DNA from: the human T2T-CHM13v2.0 reference genome, Homo sapiens
Direction: 5' to 3' (one strand)
Assembly: GCF_009914755.1 (NCBI RefSeq)
Contig: NC_060931.1
Length of the DNA: 64,000 bases
Part shown: positions 30,607 to 44,100 of the stretch, one piece after another
Layout: the number at the start of each line of letters is the position of its first letter
Position numbering within the stretch: position 1 is the stretch's first letter
Notes under the pieces: generated by a model
The model's database searches: none
Told to the model about the DNA's origin: nothing
Seen by the model: the letters and a program-made list of their open reading frames with translations, nothing else
Translations under genes and position numbers: made by a program

Positions 30607-31239
30607 TGTTACTGGAAAGGGGTCCTGATCTAGACCCCCAGACAGGGTTCTTGGATCTCAAACAAGAAAGAATTCAGGGCAAGTTCATAGAGTAAAGTGA
30701 CAGCAAGTTTATTAACAAAGTAAAGGAATAAAAGAATGGCTACTCCATTGGCAGAGCAGCCCTGAGGGCTGCTGATTGGCTATTTTATGATTATTTATTG
30801 ATTAAATGCTAAACAAGGGATGGATTATTTATGAGTTTTCCAGGAAAAGGGTGGGCAATTTCCCCAGAACTGAGGTTTCCTCCCCTCTTTAGACCATACA
30901 ATGTAATTCCCTGATGTTGCCATGGCATTTGTAAATTGACATGGCACTAGTGGGAGTGTCTTTTAGCATGCTAATGCATTATAATTAGTGATAATGAGTA
31001 GTGAGGACAACCAGAGGTCACTTTGGTCGCCATCTTGGTTTTGGTGGGTTTTGGCTGGCTTCTTTACTACATACTGTTTTATCAGTAAGGTCTTTGTGAC
31101 TGTACCTTGTGCCAACCTCCTGTCTTATCCTGTGACTTGGAATGTCTAACCTTCTGGGAATGCAGCCCAGTAGGTCTCAGCCTCATTTTACCCAGTCCCT
31201 ATTCACGGTGGAGTCGCTTTGGTTCCGATGCTTCTGACA
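30607..31239 (-). mobile_element. MER41B LTR
   Basis: Reverse complement runs TGTCAGAAGCATCGGAACCAAAGCGACTCC...GGACCCCTTTCCAGTAACA, 633 bp, including the tandem GAS segment typical of MER41B. Confidence 0.9.
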
Positions 31240-31997
31240 AAGCTATGAATGAACATCTTTTTACATAAATCTTTATCTACATTTCTGATTATTTCCTTAG
31301 GATAGAGTGGAGAGGTTGAGTTATTAAGTCAGACACTTGTAAAATATTTTTTTCCAATATGAAAGTAGCTTTAGTCCTTAAATACTGTATAAATTGCAAA
31401 AAGTTCAGAACTTAGGTAGAAGAAAGTAAGACTCCAAGACTTGTACATTTCATAAGAAAGCCCACTTTCTAAGCCTGATGTCTTTAATGTATATTTAGTG
31501 TGCACCTTTCCAGTAGTGAGTGGGTGATTCTTTTAATTGGAAAGCTTCCCTGGAGTTGATGTTATTTAAAAAAGAAACCTAAAAATCCTTGTTTTCTACT
31601 TTCCTCTATTTCATATGGCATCTTATGGAATTATTGTTTGGTATTCATGTCATGTCTCAATAAAGGAATTAAACAAAACTAAAGCCCAACACAGTTTTAA
31701 GCAAATGTGTTATTTAAATTATGGAAAGGCAGTGGGAGAAGAGGTGTGCAGTATTTTGTGTGTGCGTCAAAATGAACTAACACTAGATGGCAGTCCTCTA
31801 TAACTTTTGGCCTTAGTTGCTGCTGCTTTAGAATAAGGTATGGCAAGAAATCACTAATGGAGGAATGTTGATCCCATAATAATGCTTTGTCTTTTATTAA
31901 AAATAAATGTAACTTCTTTGAGTTGCACAACAGGGTGGGTTTTTAAAAGACAGTTAATTATAACAGATAACAGAATATAATATAAAAGCGCTTTCTA

Positions 31998-32150
31998 GCT
32001 GTGCTTCTCAAACTTTTAACTTTTTTAAAACTTTTAAGTTGCATTTGAATTATAAGGGGATCGTGATTAAAATGCGGATTCTTGTAAGTCTGAAATTGGA
32101 CCTTAAATGCTGAATTTCTGACAATATTCCAGGTAATGCTAAGCTGCAGT
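31998..32150. mobile_element. MER5-type DNA transposon, degraded
   Basis: tgcttctcaaacttt...aaaatgcggattc...tttctgacaatattccaggtaatgct. Confidence 0.6.
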
Positions 32151-33527
32151 GATCTAGAGGTGTGCTATAGCCCTATGTCTGCAAAATGCTTATTTTGTAT
32201 CAGGCAGTGTTCTAAGAGCTTTTACAGGTTGAAAAAGTAACTGTGAGTGGTGGAGGGAGGATTTCTACCCAGCCTGTCTGCATCTAGAGGCTTCTGGTAT
32301 TAGTCACACTAAACTGCCTCCTTGATTGGGCTGTGAGTGAATTTACCTCCTCCCCCATTCAGAAAAAACTTTCCTATCAGAATGGAGTGTAGTTTGGTTT
32401 GGCTAAAGTTAAGTGCATATCTTTGATTCTTCATAGATTATGGGAAATATGTTAACTTCTGGGTCGTATGTTTGCTTTTTCAGTTTTATTTTTCTGGTTG
32501 GTGCTTTGGTTTGTAAGAAAAGTCCAAAAAAATTTAAAATTCCTCCAAAAATTATAATATTAATTGGTTGTATTGGGCTTTTATTTATTTATTTTTGCAG
32601 AGGGGAAGTGTGTTTGAAGTTAAAAATGTTCGTTGTTTTTTAAAATTTAAATCCAAGCTGCTTTTTTGAAGGAATATGTGATTTTGGGTTCTAAAAAAAT
32701 ATTAGTTTATCTTTGTTTTTTATGCTCTTGACAAATTAATGCTTGCAAAATTTAGTGAGTAGCATAAGCATAGACAAACAAGTTACAGTTTGGACATATA
32801 CTAAATCAATTTTGAAAAGGTAGATTTTAATAGATTTAAGATATGTTAGTAATATTGGTGGAATTTATTTGTTTTGGTAATTTGAACTCTACTTGTTTTT
32901 GAAAAAAGAACAAAATGATATTTTTGCCAGATTTTCACTTGCTTTTGTTTCTTTGTGTTACTAAAATTTCCAATGGTTGTTAACATGGTATTTTACCTAG
33001 TTAAGACAAACTTGCCATTTCAAAATAATATTTGGAAAAAGACAGCATTAATATTGATTCACAGAAAGCCAGTGGTGAAGAAAATAATATTGTTTTAAGG
33101 TCAACAGCTGCATATACTTAACGTAGTAAAATAAGATACTTCTTGTAGTCTATGTAGTATCAAGATATTTGAGCTAGAATTTCTTTCACTGATAGTCTGA
33201 TTTAGAGTCCCTGTAGTAACTGACCCAAAGTCCTCAGTTACCCCAAATTTACCTTGTTGGCTGTGAAAAGATGATGAACCTTATATAGGAATCTTTCAAG
33301 TGTGTAACAGGGACACTGGGAAGGAATTGTTGGTTTGTTGTAGGTGCTTGGGCACTTTCAGGGACTGAAGCAAGTCTGGTGTGTTGTTCCTCCCTTACAT
33401 CATCTCTCTTTGTCCCTCCGTCTGTCCATCCCCTCATCCATTCGATGCATATTTACTAAGAATTCTGAGTGCCCAGGCACTGTGTTAGTTTTCTTGGAAT
33501 AGACAGATAAGGAAAAGACAGTTTATG

Positions 33528-33821
33528 GGCTGGCCATGGTGGCTCATGCCTGTAATCCCAGCACTTTGGGAGGCTGAGGTGGGCGGAGACTTGAGGTCAG
33601 GAGTTCGAGACCAGCCTGGCCAACGTGGTAAAACCCCATCTCTACTTAAAATACAAAAAAATTAGCTGGGCACGGTGGTGGGTGCCTGTAATCCCAGCTA
33701 CTTGGGAGGCTGAGACAGGAGAAATCGCTTGAACCCAGGAGGCGGAGGTTGCAGTGAGCCGAGATTGCATCATTGCACTCCAGCCTGGGCGACAGAGCGA
33801 GACTCCGTCTCGAAAAAAGAA
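33528..33821 (+). mobile_element. AluS (Sx/Sz)
   Basis: Full Alu; TSD aaaagacagtttatg. Confidence 0.95.
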
Positions 33822-33969
33822 AAAAGACAGTTTATGTTCTCAAGTAGCTCACAATCTAGGAGTAATAAAGATGAAGGGTTAACTATAAAATAATGAGGCA
33901 AATCATGATAGAGATGAATATGTGCAAAACGATGCCCTAGGATTAGAGCAGCTCCCTGTAGTTGAGTGA

Positions 33970-33970
<1 letters not shown>

Positions 33971-34009
<39 letters not shown>

Positions 34010-34054
34010 CGGGTGGGGGTGGGGTAGGGTGGGGGGAGGGGCGGGGGCGAGGGG
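33971..34054 (+). repeat. (TG)19 microsatellite followed by eight G-runs
   Basis: Directly visible in the sequence. Confidence 0.95.
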
Positions 34055-34900
34055 AGTAAATGAGAGTGGGGAGTGTGCTGTTACCTTTTTTATTCCAGCC
34101 CTTCATTTTTATCCTCTTTAATCCAGAGATTAGTAATTCCCAGTTTCAATTTTATGGTCTTCAGTATGGTCTTTAGCCTTTGTTGCCCAAAGGTTGAACC
34201 ATTCAAATTCCTTCTGGTATAGTTTGTTCCTCTCAAGAAGATTACTTTTCAGACTTTATAGTGCTTTAAAAACCTTGCCATTTTTAGGCTACTAAATTGA
34301 CTTTTTAACTTATAGCATAAAGCCCTCAGTAAGGGACAATTATTTTCTTTAGCTACCAGCTGATCTTTAATGGAGAAGGATATAGTGCTCTTCAAGAGTA
34401 CTATGACTATGTTTGTTGAGAATGACAAATTTAAGGGTAGGGATAAGAAGAGGAACTAGCACAGAGATTAAGGAATATAAATTTAGAGACAGAAGAGCAT
34501 GGTGTCATGGAAGGAGAGGGAAGGGAGAGATTCCAAGAGGCACTGAAGGACTTGAGAGTTCAGAGGTTAAGCAGCTGGAGTATTGGAAAGAAAATGTTGG
34601 ATTTGGTCATTTGCAAGTCATTGGTGATTTTAGGGAGAATAATTTTAACAGAAGGGTAGGAACATTGGTCATGTTGCACTGGAATGAGGAATTCATAGAG
34701 AAGAAATGAAAATCCCAAAGGAAAGGTGCTTTGTAAAGGGGTTTGGGCATGAAGGTAGGTGCAATTAAAGCCATAGCCAGAGGGGAACATGTTTTATAAG
34801 GGGGGGAGAAGTCTTTGAGAACACATCATGAAATCTTAATCTGATAAACCAAATGCCTTTCATAGATAGTATTTTGCTGAAAAAATTTGACCTGAATACA

Positions 34901-35214
34901 TTTTTACTTTTATTTTATTTTATTTTTTTGTTTTAGAGACAGGGTCTAGCATTGTCACCCAGGCTGAGTGCGGTGGTACGATCTCAGCTTACTGCAACCT
35001 CTGCCTCCCGAGTTCAAGCAGTCCTCCTGCCTCAGCCTCCTGAGTAGCTGGGACTACAGATGTGCGCTACCATGCCAGGCTATTTGTTTTTTTTTGTAGT
35101 GACGGGGTTTTGCCATATTGCCCAGGCTGGTCTCAAATTCCTGGGCTCAAGCGATCTGCCTGCCTCAGCCTCTCAGAGTGCTAGGATTATAGGCATGAGC
35201 CATTGTGCCTGGCC
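34901..35214 (-). mobile_element. AluJ
   Basis: cctgggctcaagcgatc left-arm J diagnostic; T-rich tail. Confidence 0.9.
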
Positions 35215-35502
35215 CCATTTTTATTTTTAAAATTATGTTGTTTTGATTATGATGTGCCTATAATTTAAAACATTGTTTCTCATCGTGTAATTTGTGCCTT
35301 ATAGCCCTGTTGAATTATTGCCTTCTTTTCATAATAAATATGTGGTTTATGGGGAAAAAGCCTATTTAATACTTCATGAGATTAAAAGTCAGACCCTTTG
35401 GAAAAAAAAGAAAAGGAAAAGAAATACTTTATTAGAAATTATCACTATTACACCACCATCTGGTTCTTTCTTCAATGTTTTTTTAATTAAAAAAAAAATA
35501 GT

Positions 35503-35799
35503 TGCTGGGTGTGGTGGCTCACGCCTGTAATCCCAGCACTTTGGGAGGCTGAGGGGGGCGGATCACGAGGTCAGGAGATCAAGACCATCCTGGCCAACAT
35601 GGTGAAACCCCGCCTCTACTAAAAATACAAAAATTAGCTGGGCGTGGTGGCATGTGCCTGTAGTCCCAGCTACTCAGGAAGCTGAGGCAGGAGAATCGCT
35701 TGAACCCAGGAGGCAGAGGCTGCAGTGAGCCGAGATCGAGCCACTGCACTCCACTGCACTCCAGAGTGAGACTCTGTCTTAAAAAAAAAAAAAAAAAAA
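35503..35799 (+). mobile_element. AluSc-like, inserted into the tail of a FLAM
   Basis: gatcacgaggtcaggagatcaagaccatcctggccaac; long poly-A. Confidence 0.92.
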
Positions 35800-35917
35800 G
35801 TAGATACAAGGTCTGGCTGTGTTGCCCAGGCTGGTCTTGAAGTCTTGGGCTCAGCCAGTATGCCTGCCTAGGCCTCCCAAAGTGCTGGGATTACAGGTGT
35901 GAGCCACCGTGACTGGC
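35800..35917 (-). mobile_element. FLAM/AluJ left monomer
   Basis: Left-arm-only sequence; TSD tctttcttcaat at ~35465 and ~35918 encloses both this monomer and the AluSc. Confidence 0.85.
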
Positions 35918-35952
35918 TCTTTCTTCAATTTTTATCTTTATCAACATCTTAA

Positions 35953-36207
<255 letters not shown>

Positions 36208-38534
36208 TACATGGGGATATTTATATTTTGAGCTTACCTGTTAACACACAACTCAAGAGTTAAATGTTACCGTCAAAAATCCAAACCTCCCATTTCCTGC
36301 AGAGGCCATAATTCTGCTTTTTCATGTGGATTTAGATGTACTTTTGTTTTCTTTCCAACCTTGTCTTTGGTAAAACTGAAGACTCCCTTGGTTGCAACTA
36401 ACAGTTGGCTTAAGCAAGAATAGGAAGTTGACTGGCTAACGTCACTTGAGCCTTCTCTGTGATCAGATCTGGTTTCTCTCTTTTCATCTCTTGCTTCCAT
36501 TTCCTGGGATAGGCTATTTCCTTCTGGTTACATGATGGCTATAGCAGCTTTAAATCTTTACTTGTCACATTCTAGTCCATGTAAAAGAGGTTCTTCCTTT
36601 CTCGTAGAAGGCTCAACAAAAGTCTGTTTCCAACTCACAGGCTCTGGTTGGGCCATCTCTGAACCAATCATTGCCACCAAAGGAATGTGATTAACTTGAG
36701 CCTGAGCCACAGGTGTGGGAAGTCCTCTTACCACTAAGGGTAAGAGTGGAGAGGGAAGAGGGGTGGATTTCCAGAGGAATATCAGTGAATAATTAACTGT
36801 GGTGAATCTGAGGACTTTGGAGGTGATCAAGAAAAAAGACATGGCTATCAGATGGCAGTAGAACACAATAAGCTTTATTTGCGTGGTGCTTTGGCAGGAT
36901 TGCATTCAAGAGGAGGTCCCTTACAGCAAGAGACCTTCCAGAGAGAGTGAGGTGGCCTCAACCCAGAAGGGGCAGAGGTCAGGGGAGCTTTCTGGGGAGA
37001 GAGGACCTAGAGTGGGGCTTAGGTGTCCAGGTTGCTGAGAAGCAGGACTGGGGAGGGCAGCAGCAACATACAGTCTTTTACATGCTCAGGGTTTGTTTTA
37101 CCTGTAGCTAGTGGATGTTGGGTGCAGTTTTTCAGGGTATGCAAAACAGGCTGAAAATACCCTTATTTGGGCTATGTTTAAAGCAATTGATATAAAAATT
37201 TGAATTTGGTATCCGTGAGCTTTGAGTTAATGGTCAGTCTGAATGAAGAAGTAAACAACATGGGGTCAATATATAAAGGGGTCACCTTTAACCTGGTTCT
37301 GTAGCATTAATGAAAGAGAGTGAAATAGGTGCTGGGTGGCCAAAAAACTGTAAATATCCACCTTGCTTTTGGTTTCACTTTCTCTCCTAGGACCTCCCTG
37401 TGGTACTACCTTAGAACTGACAGGAGAGGCCAGCAGTGGTGATTTGAGAGTGTGCCCTCAGGTGTGTATATGAATTGGAGAAGGCAGGGCCTAAGCAGTT
37501 AAAGGATATGCTCTGTCCTGGGCTGAATGCAGCCTCATTCTGGTACAGTGTGTGGGGATAATTGCTTGAAATGTTTGTGTGTATTTTGAGGATTTGTTGT
37601 AATTGAATTTAATTGAGTGCTTTGCAAAATCATTTGTCATGATTTTAGGCTTGGTATGCATAGATATTTAAATTCGGGGGCATGTCTCAAATTATTTACA
37701 GAAGAGATTGAAACTTGAAATAATGTAAGTTATGATTTTTACTTTATCTTTTCCTCACTTTCAGTATTCTTCACATGAGGATGTATATACTTTTGTTATA
37801 AAAGTAGTCTTGTTCACAGAGGCATATTTAAAACATATGTACCGGTAAAAAAAAAAAAAGTAAATGATTAAGCACCACCTCCCAAACGCAACCACTGAAA
37901 ACATATATGTGGACAGTAGAATATAATCCAGAATGTTTCAACTTGAGCTAACCCAGAGTAATTTTAGAGTAATTTTACAGTTTCTGGAATTTAGTCATCT
38001 TACCACCTAAAGGGCCCAACCAGTGAAAAGCATGTTTATCATGTCAAGTCTGGTGCTGTATAATGGAATGCAAGCAAGTTATGACAATAAATGTTAAATG
38101 GAAAAGCCTTTACTTTATATGCATATATCTTGAAGTCAGTTGAGTAATTTATTCAATATTGGTGTTTATTTTGTATTAAAATATATGAATTTACTAGAAG
38201 ACAGAAAAAAATCTGCGTGATTTGGGTCAAGCTGCAAATAGGAAAAGTGGCATATTATAAGATATTCCTAAATATTTAGTGATGATACATTTCACCTGCA
38301 ATTCGTGCACTTGAAATCAAAACTTGTCTTTCCTTTAAGATGGCAAAAATATATAGAATAATATAAAAACTGTGCACATTTTATATTTGGGGAAAGACCT
38401 CTTGAACTGCACATAAGCTTCTGCTTATTCTTTCTAACTTGCTTTTCAGGTTACTTTTTCAGTCTATATACTTGGAATAATGCTCTTAAATGACTTTCGT
38501 TACATTAAACCTGAGATTTCCTGACACGTAGTAG

Positions 38535-38906
38535 TGTCCTAGTCCATTTGTGTTGCTATACCAAAACACCTGAGACTGGGTAATTTATAAAGAACAGACA
38601 TTTATTTCTCACAGGTCTGGAGGCTGGGAAGTCCAAAATCAAGGTGCCAGCAGGTTCAGTGTGCAGCTAGGGCCTGTTCCTCATAGATGGCACCACCTTG
38701 GTGTCCTCACATGGCAGAAGAACAGAGGAGCAGAAGAGCAAAGGGCCTAAGCTACTTCCCTCCATTCTTTCACAAGGCACTAATCCATTCGTGAGGGTGG
38801 AGCTCTCATTACTTAATCACTTCCCAAAAGGCCACACCTCTTAATACCACTACAATGGGAATTAATTTTCAACACAGGAATTTTGGATGACGTTCAGACC
38901 ATAGCA
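38535..38906 (-). mobile_element. MaLR solo LTR (MST/MLT1A-type)
   Basis: tgtcctagtccatttg...cagaccatagca; 5-bp TSD AGTAG. Confidence 0.9.
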
Positions 38907-40779
38907 AGTAGTCTCTTACAGTCATTTTAGATCTATCCCTTTTACATCCTATCCATATTATGTGGATTTGGGCTGCTGTGACCCAGTGGTCACATGACCC
39001 ACTGGTTGTTGGAGATTTGGTAAATGATACCATAACCATTTTTCACTTGTTAACAAACTGCCCCTCAATTATAATGTGGTATCTCCTATATATATCTATA
39101 TATCTGTCTGTTAGGGTTTTATTTGGGTTCTTTTTTTTGTTGTTTTAGTTATTTAGCCTCCCATATCACTTTGTCACTGTGTGTTTGTTTTGTTTAATTC
39201 ATATTCTTATTAAATTGCTCAGTAGTGTGAAATGTTTTTAGAGACCTTTGTTCTGATTCTTGGTTCTGTTTTTCTTCATCTGTCTTTCGCATATTGTCTT
39301 CCCCTGTCCCTCTCTCTGCGTTTTTTTTTTTTTTTTTGTAGTATGTTTGTGGGTTTGCCAGGCCAGCCTCTTTACCTTGCTTGAGCAATCAAGCTTAGCT
39401 TGGCCCACTCTGTTTGGGCCTGTTTGCTTTTTTATGGTGCTGGTGAATTTTTCTTGCCTTCTTTCCTACCCAATCAGAGAGGAGTTTGTTTTCCTTCCTG
39501 ACGTATTGTTTTGACGGTTGGATGTCATGCAGTGTGTCTGCTTATCACCTATCTAGGGGCAGTGGAGAAGACATGGGGAGGAAGAAGGGTTGTCTGTAGC
39601 AGCCTTACTGTAGGATTTGGCTTCAACCCTCTCTTTTGTGATTTTGCTAAGCATCTTGAATTACTGTCACACTACCTGGTTGGTCTGTAACCTGTTATCT
39701 TGGAAGGCTGAGAGATATTCTTAGATTTTGGATCTTCTCTCTTACTATTCATCAGTTTTCCTTGAGTCAGTGCCATTTGTTGCTTCCCTTGTTTGTATTT
39801 CATTAGAAGCTGTTTCCATTCGCCACCCCCTACTTTTCTTCTGGTCCTCTGTGGGTGTGTGTGAGGCTTCACATGGCAATTCCTCCTCTCGCCTGTCTTC
39901 CACTTCTTCTACTCATCATAATTGCTGGAGATATTTATTTAGCTTGGCTGCTATTTTTTATGGTCTATGGCCTTTCCTGCTTTTTTCTTTTTGCAGAAAA
40001 AATACCAAAATGATAAAACCTGTATTTTTCTTTTCTGACCAGAAGGAATGTGGTAAAGGTAGAACTTATGGTATTATGGGCATTTCCATTTCTCTGGGCT
40101 GTCTACATCTCCCCTCCCCTTCCTGGATTTGTCTTCCTATAAGTTTGAGAGTTTTAATGAAATTTTCAGAATTTTGTTTATTCACAGCCTCACCCCTCCT
40201 TCTCCTTATGTGGAGTTTGGTCTTAGCAGCTTCACAAAATGCACCAAGTCCAGCCCTGAAGATTCTTGGAAACATCTGCTTTATGGTCACCATATTTTAA
40301 AGATTGTGGTATGAAATTGTGTTCTTTCTTTGGTTTCATTGCCATTGGTGTATGTTTGCTATTTTCTATAATTTACTTATTTATTTGTTTAATCCACGAA
40401 GTTACATTTTTTAAAGGGTCTTTAAAACTAATCCCAATGCTGGATTTGAAAAACGAATGTTCATCATAAAAATTCCTGTGGATTCAGCAGTTCAGTTGTT
40501 TGAATAATTCTGGTAGACTTATTTAGTACAGATTAATTTCATTGTATTTGATGTGAATATCTTTTTTCCAGATTGTTATTGGCTTTTAAACTGTGTAAGT
40601 GTTTTAATGTGGTCAGATCATTCTTTTCTTGTACACTTTATTTCTTCTAAGCTTAGAAACTTCTCTTCCATGCAGAATTTTGATGTTTCTGTTTCCTGGA
40701 GTTTGATTATCTAGCAGGAATTTTTATATTTATTTATAGAGAAGACTATGTGGAGAGAGAGCTAGTATTTATTCTCTTC

Positions 40780-40945
40780 TATATGTTGTGGTATTGCATT
40801 TAGCCCAGTGAGATAACATAATCACCATTTTTTCATACTGGGAGACTGGAGATCAGAGAGATAGAGGTGTTTCTCCAGACACATCCAGGCATAGCTATCT
40901 GATTTGAACCCAGAGCTATCTGATTCCAAAGCTCATGTTCTTCCT
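40780..40945 (+). mobile_element. MIR
   Basis: ggagactggagatcagagag...gatttgaacccag...tctgattccaaagctcatgttctt. Confidence 0.65.
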
Positions 40946-41027
40946 AATATAGTAACTCTTATTTAATTGCCTTGCTAGTTAGAGAGAAGGTCTATGTGTT
41001 CTGAGAAAGGAATGAGAGGGAGGTTTT

Positions 41028-41143
41028 TCTATAAGCTTCCTGAGGGCAGGGACTGTGTCTTTTGTTCATCACTGCATATCTAGTGTCTTTCACAGTCTTT
41101 GGCACATAGTGGGTGCTTAATTAGTATTTGTTGAATGATTGAA
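41028..41143 (+). mobile_element. L2 3' end
   Basis: taagcttcctgagggcagggactgtgtc...ggcacatagtgggtgcttaa...tatttgttgaatga. Confidence 0.8.
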
Positions 41144-44100
41144 CCAAAATAGACATTTGATTGGGCAGGGCTGATGTGTTATATACTTTAGACTTTGGGG
41201 TTATTTTTTTAGAACACGTTAGCTCAGTTCCATTATTCTAGCCAACTTCTAAGTTTTATTTTCCTCTTTAACAAACATGTTAAAGTATCTATTACAAGGC
41301 ATGGGTCATTGTGGTCACTGTCTCCCATAGTGGTAAAGTGAGGGTGAGTAACTTGGGCCTCCTGGGTTCACCCTTAGTCACATTATTTCTCAATATGCTG
41401 GTGATGCAGCATATTGTATGTAAGTTATCTAGTAGAAATACACTGTCTTATCTAATTGCAACTGTGTTTCTATAGATTACTCTTCCTACTTTTTAGCTTG
41501 GAATGTGGTATTCAGAACTATCGAGTATTTGTGATAATGTCCACAAATCAAAATGTTTTTGTTTTAAAAAATTACTTAAATTCTCTAATATTTAGTGTAA
41601 AAGACACATCTTTTCATCTGTAACACTTTTATCTTCTCTCTGTGTCCTGTGAAAATTCATTTTCCTTTAATTCTTCCAATTTTTCTACTTTGATTGTTTT
41701 TTCAGCCAAATGGAAGTTCAGAAAAGTAGAATTTTTACCAAGGAAAATTTAATGTCAGAGTCTAGATATAATATCGGCATGGTATAGATTATAAGGTCTG
41801 ACAGCACAGTAGTCTCACGTTTGTGACTGAGGTGGAAAAAAATACTGTATATAAAAGGTTCAGTATGTTTGGACTATAATTGTTAGTAAAGGAAGTGAAT
41901 GGATTTTTATCAATAATATATATGAGCATAGTGGAATATTTTTTAAATCATAAAATGACTTCTATAAGCTTGTATGGGATTATATTGTCACATAAATAAA
42001 AATTCATGAATTCTTTGGAATAAAAGTCCTGCCAAAGAAAATAGTGAACTGAAGGATAAGTCAGTCACCTTTTGCCACATCTTTTTAATTTTTATTTTAA
42101 AAAATTAAAAAAAAAGCATCCTTCCCACTCTGAGGTTTTGCTACATCTTGAGACAATCCTAGATAATCAGATCCTCAGCCTTCAAATAACTTCTAATTGT
42201 CTGAACTGGAGCCTTTTTCTTATCTGCCAAGAAAATGTATTAGTGGCCACATGTGGTTGCTGAGAGGCTGTGCTTCCCAAAGCTGTCTGGTTTCTTTGAT
42301 TGCCATCCAGAGAGTGAACTGATATGCTCAGCTGGGGTGAATGAACAGCCAGAACACAGCCTTGCTTTTTTTGTGTGGGGGTGTTAGTGCTAATAAAAGA
42401 TTAACGCTGTTTTCCTCACAGGGAATCAATGGATAATGTTTTGATAGCCCTTGTCTCACCAGTGAACCATATGGCCCTTATTTTCTCATACATGTGGTTG
42501 AAATGTTAGAGCGTAATGTTAGAGAAGAATCTCTGTGGTGTACTGGCTCCCGTTCCTTGCCTAGGCATTAAAGTGTAGGTGTTTTACTATATTGGAGAAC
42601 TTCCCTCATTTGTTTTTAAGATCCTTTATGGATCCACAGTGAGAAGTCGGAAGATCAAGGGGATAATAGGATTGACTCTCATCCTGTGCTGAGTTTTCTC
42701 ATATACATGGCATTCATTTATAAAATCTCTGGTCCAAGACCTATAAAATAATGTTACTTTCAAATAGTGATTTCCTGTATGTTATGTTGCATAAAACCCT
42801 TAGTTCCTGGGGGAAGGTTATAAAGAGAGTTCCCAGTAGTCTGCAGATTGGTTTTTTACATGATCATTTAAAGTTGTTACTTTTTCTAAAAGGTGAGTTC
42901 TGATTCCCGTTATACATACACTATCAAAATTTGGTTAAATACCTCCTTGCCTGCTATTGCTAAGAGAGGGAAAGACTAAAAAAATTTGAGGTTTCTTAGT
43001 GTTGTTTGAAAAAAAAAATAATTTCTTTCATGGTAGCTAAATGCCAAGACTGGAAAAGCTTTAAGGTGATGCTTGTGGTCAGCACTGCCTTTGACAAGAT
43101 GGTTAAATGTGGTGGTCTTGATAGGATTTGACAACCATTTTTGATCCATATATATAGTTCATCGTGGTCTCTTTTTAAACAGTGGAGTAATGAAGCTGTT
43201 AAATATCCTACTCAATTGAGAAGGAAAATGGCTACCATGAACTACTTTATTCAAGTGACACTGCAATATAAAGGCTTCCAGCAGTTTCAAAAATGCATCT
43301 ACACAACACATTGCCATGAGAAATGAACAATCTGCCCTTCCCCCGGGTCTCTCTTAAATTAAGTTGATTCAGCCACCCTTTTCCAGTCTCTACATGGAAA
43401 CTTGCTTTGAGGTTTAAATTCTGTAGCACAAAATAAAGATACATATTAATGCTTAATATGAAAAGCAACTGCTTGTGTTGACTACTAGCATGTCAAATAT
43501 ATTTTTAAAGTACACTGGTACTCTGATTATAGGATATACTAGATATATAAAATTTAAGGAGGTTTTTTTGATGGACTTTTGAGTAGTTTTCAGTTTTTGG
43601 CCAATATGAATAAAGCTATTAAGATCTTTATATAATTATTTATGTGGACAATACAAAAATATAAGTATCATACAAGTGTAAAATGATTTTTAAATTATAC
43701 TGTTAAAAAATTCCCAATCTTTTTTACTGTTATAAAATTTTATGACACCCAAGAATATTGAGAATAGAGTTCTAATATTGGTAGGCATGCTTTTTGTAGA
43801 AGAATCATATTATATGTGTTTACCTCAACCTTCAAAGATACTAAATTTGTATCTTCAGTATTTCATATTGTACATAATTTCAGTCACTTCTGGCTAACTT
43901 AGAATATCAGAAATGGTAAAGCTTGGCATCAGAACAAGTTCACCTATATTATATTACTATTTCAATTATGTTTCTACCTAAGTTAAAAGTGAGCTGGATT
44001 TTAAAATCAAATTTTCTTTTATTGAAATTTGTGAACATGAACCTTTTAAATCAGCATTTCTAGATCTTTGCTAAAATAAGACAGTACTATTTAATATGGA

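Larger units (their letters stand above)
33420..34710 (-). mobile_element. L2 fragments interrupted by Alu and simple repeats
   Basis: catccattc..atatttact..gtgcccaggcactgtg..ctcacaatctag, plus purine-rich L2-like sequence at 34400-34710. Confidence 0.55.

Noticed and set aside
36340-37340. Probable MLT1/LTR fragments
   Set aside because: LTR-like, but I cannot assign a family or boundaries with enough support.
39728-40300. 190-aa ORF
   Set aside because: Non-ATG start, low-complexity F/S/L composition, and the opposite strand resembles decayed L1 ORF1-like sequence.
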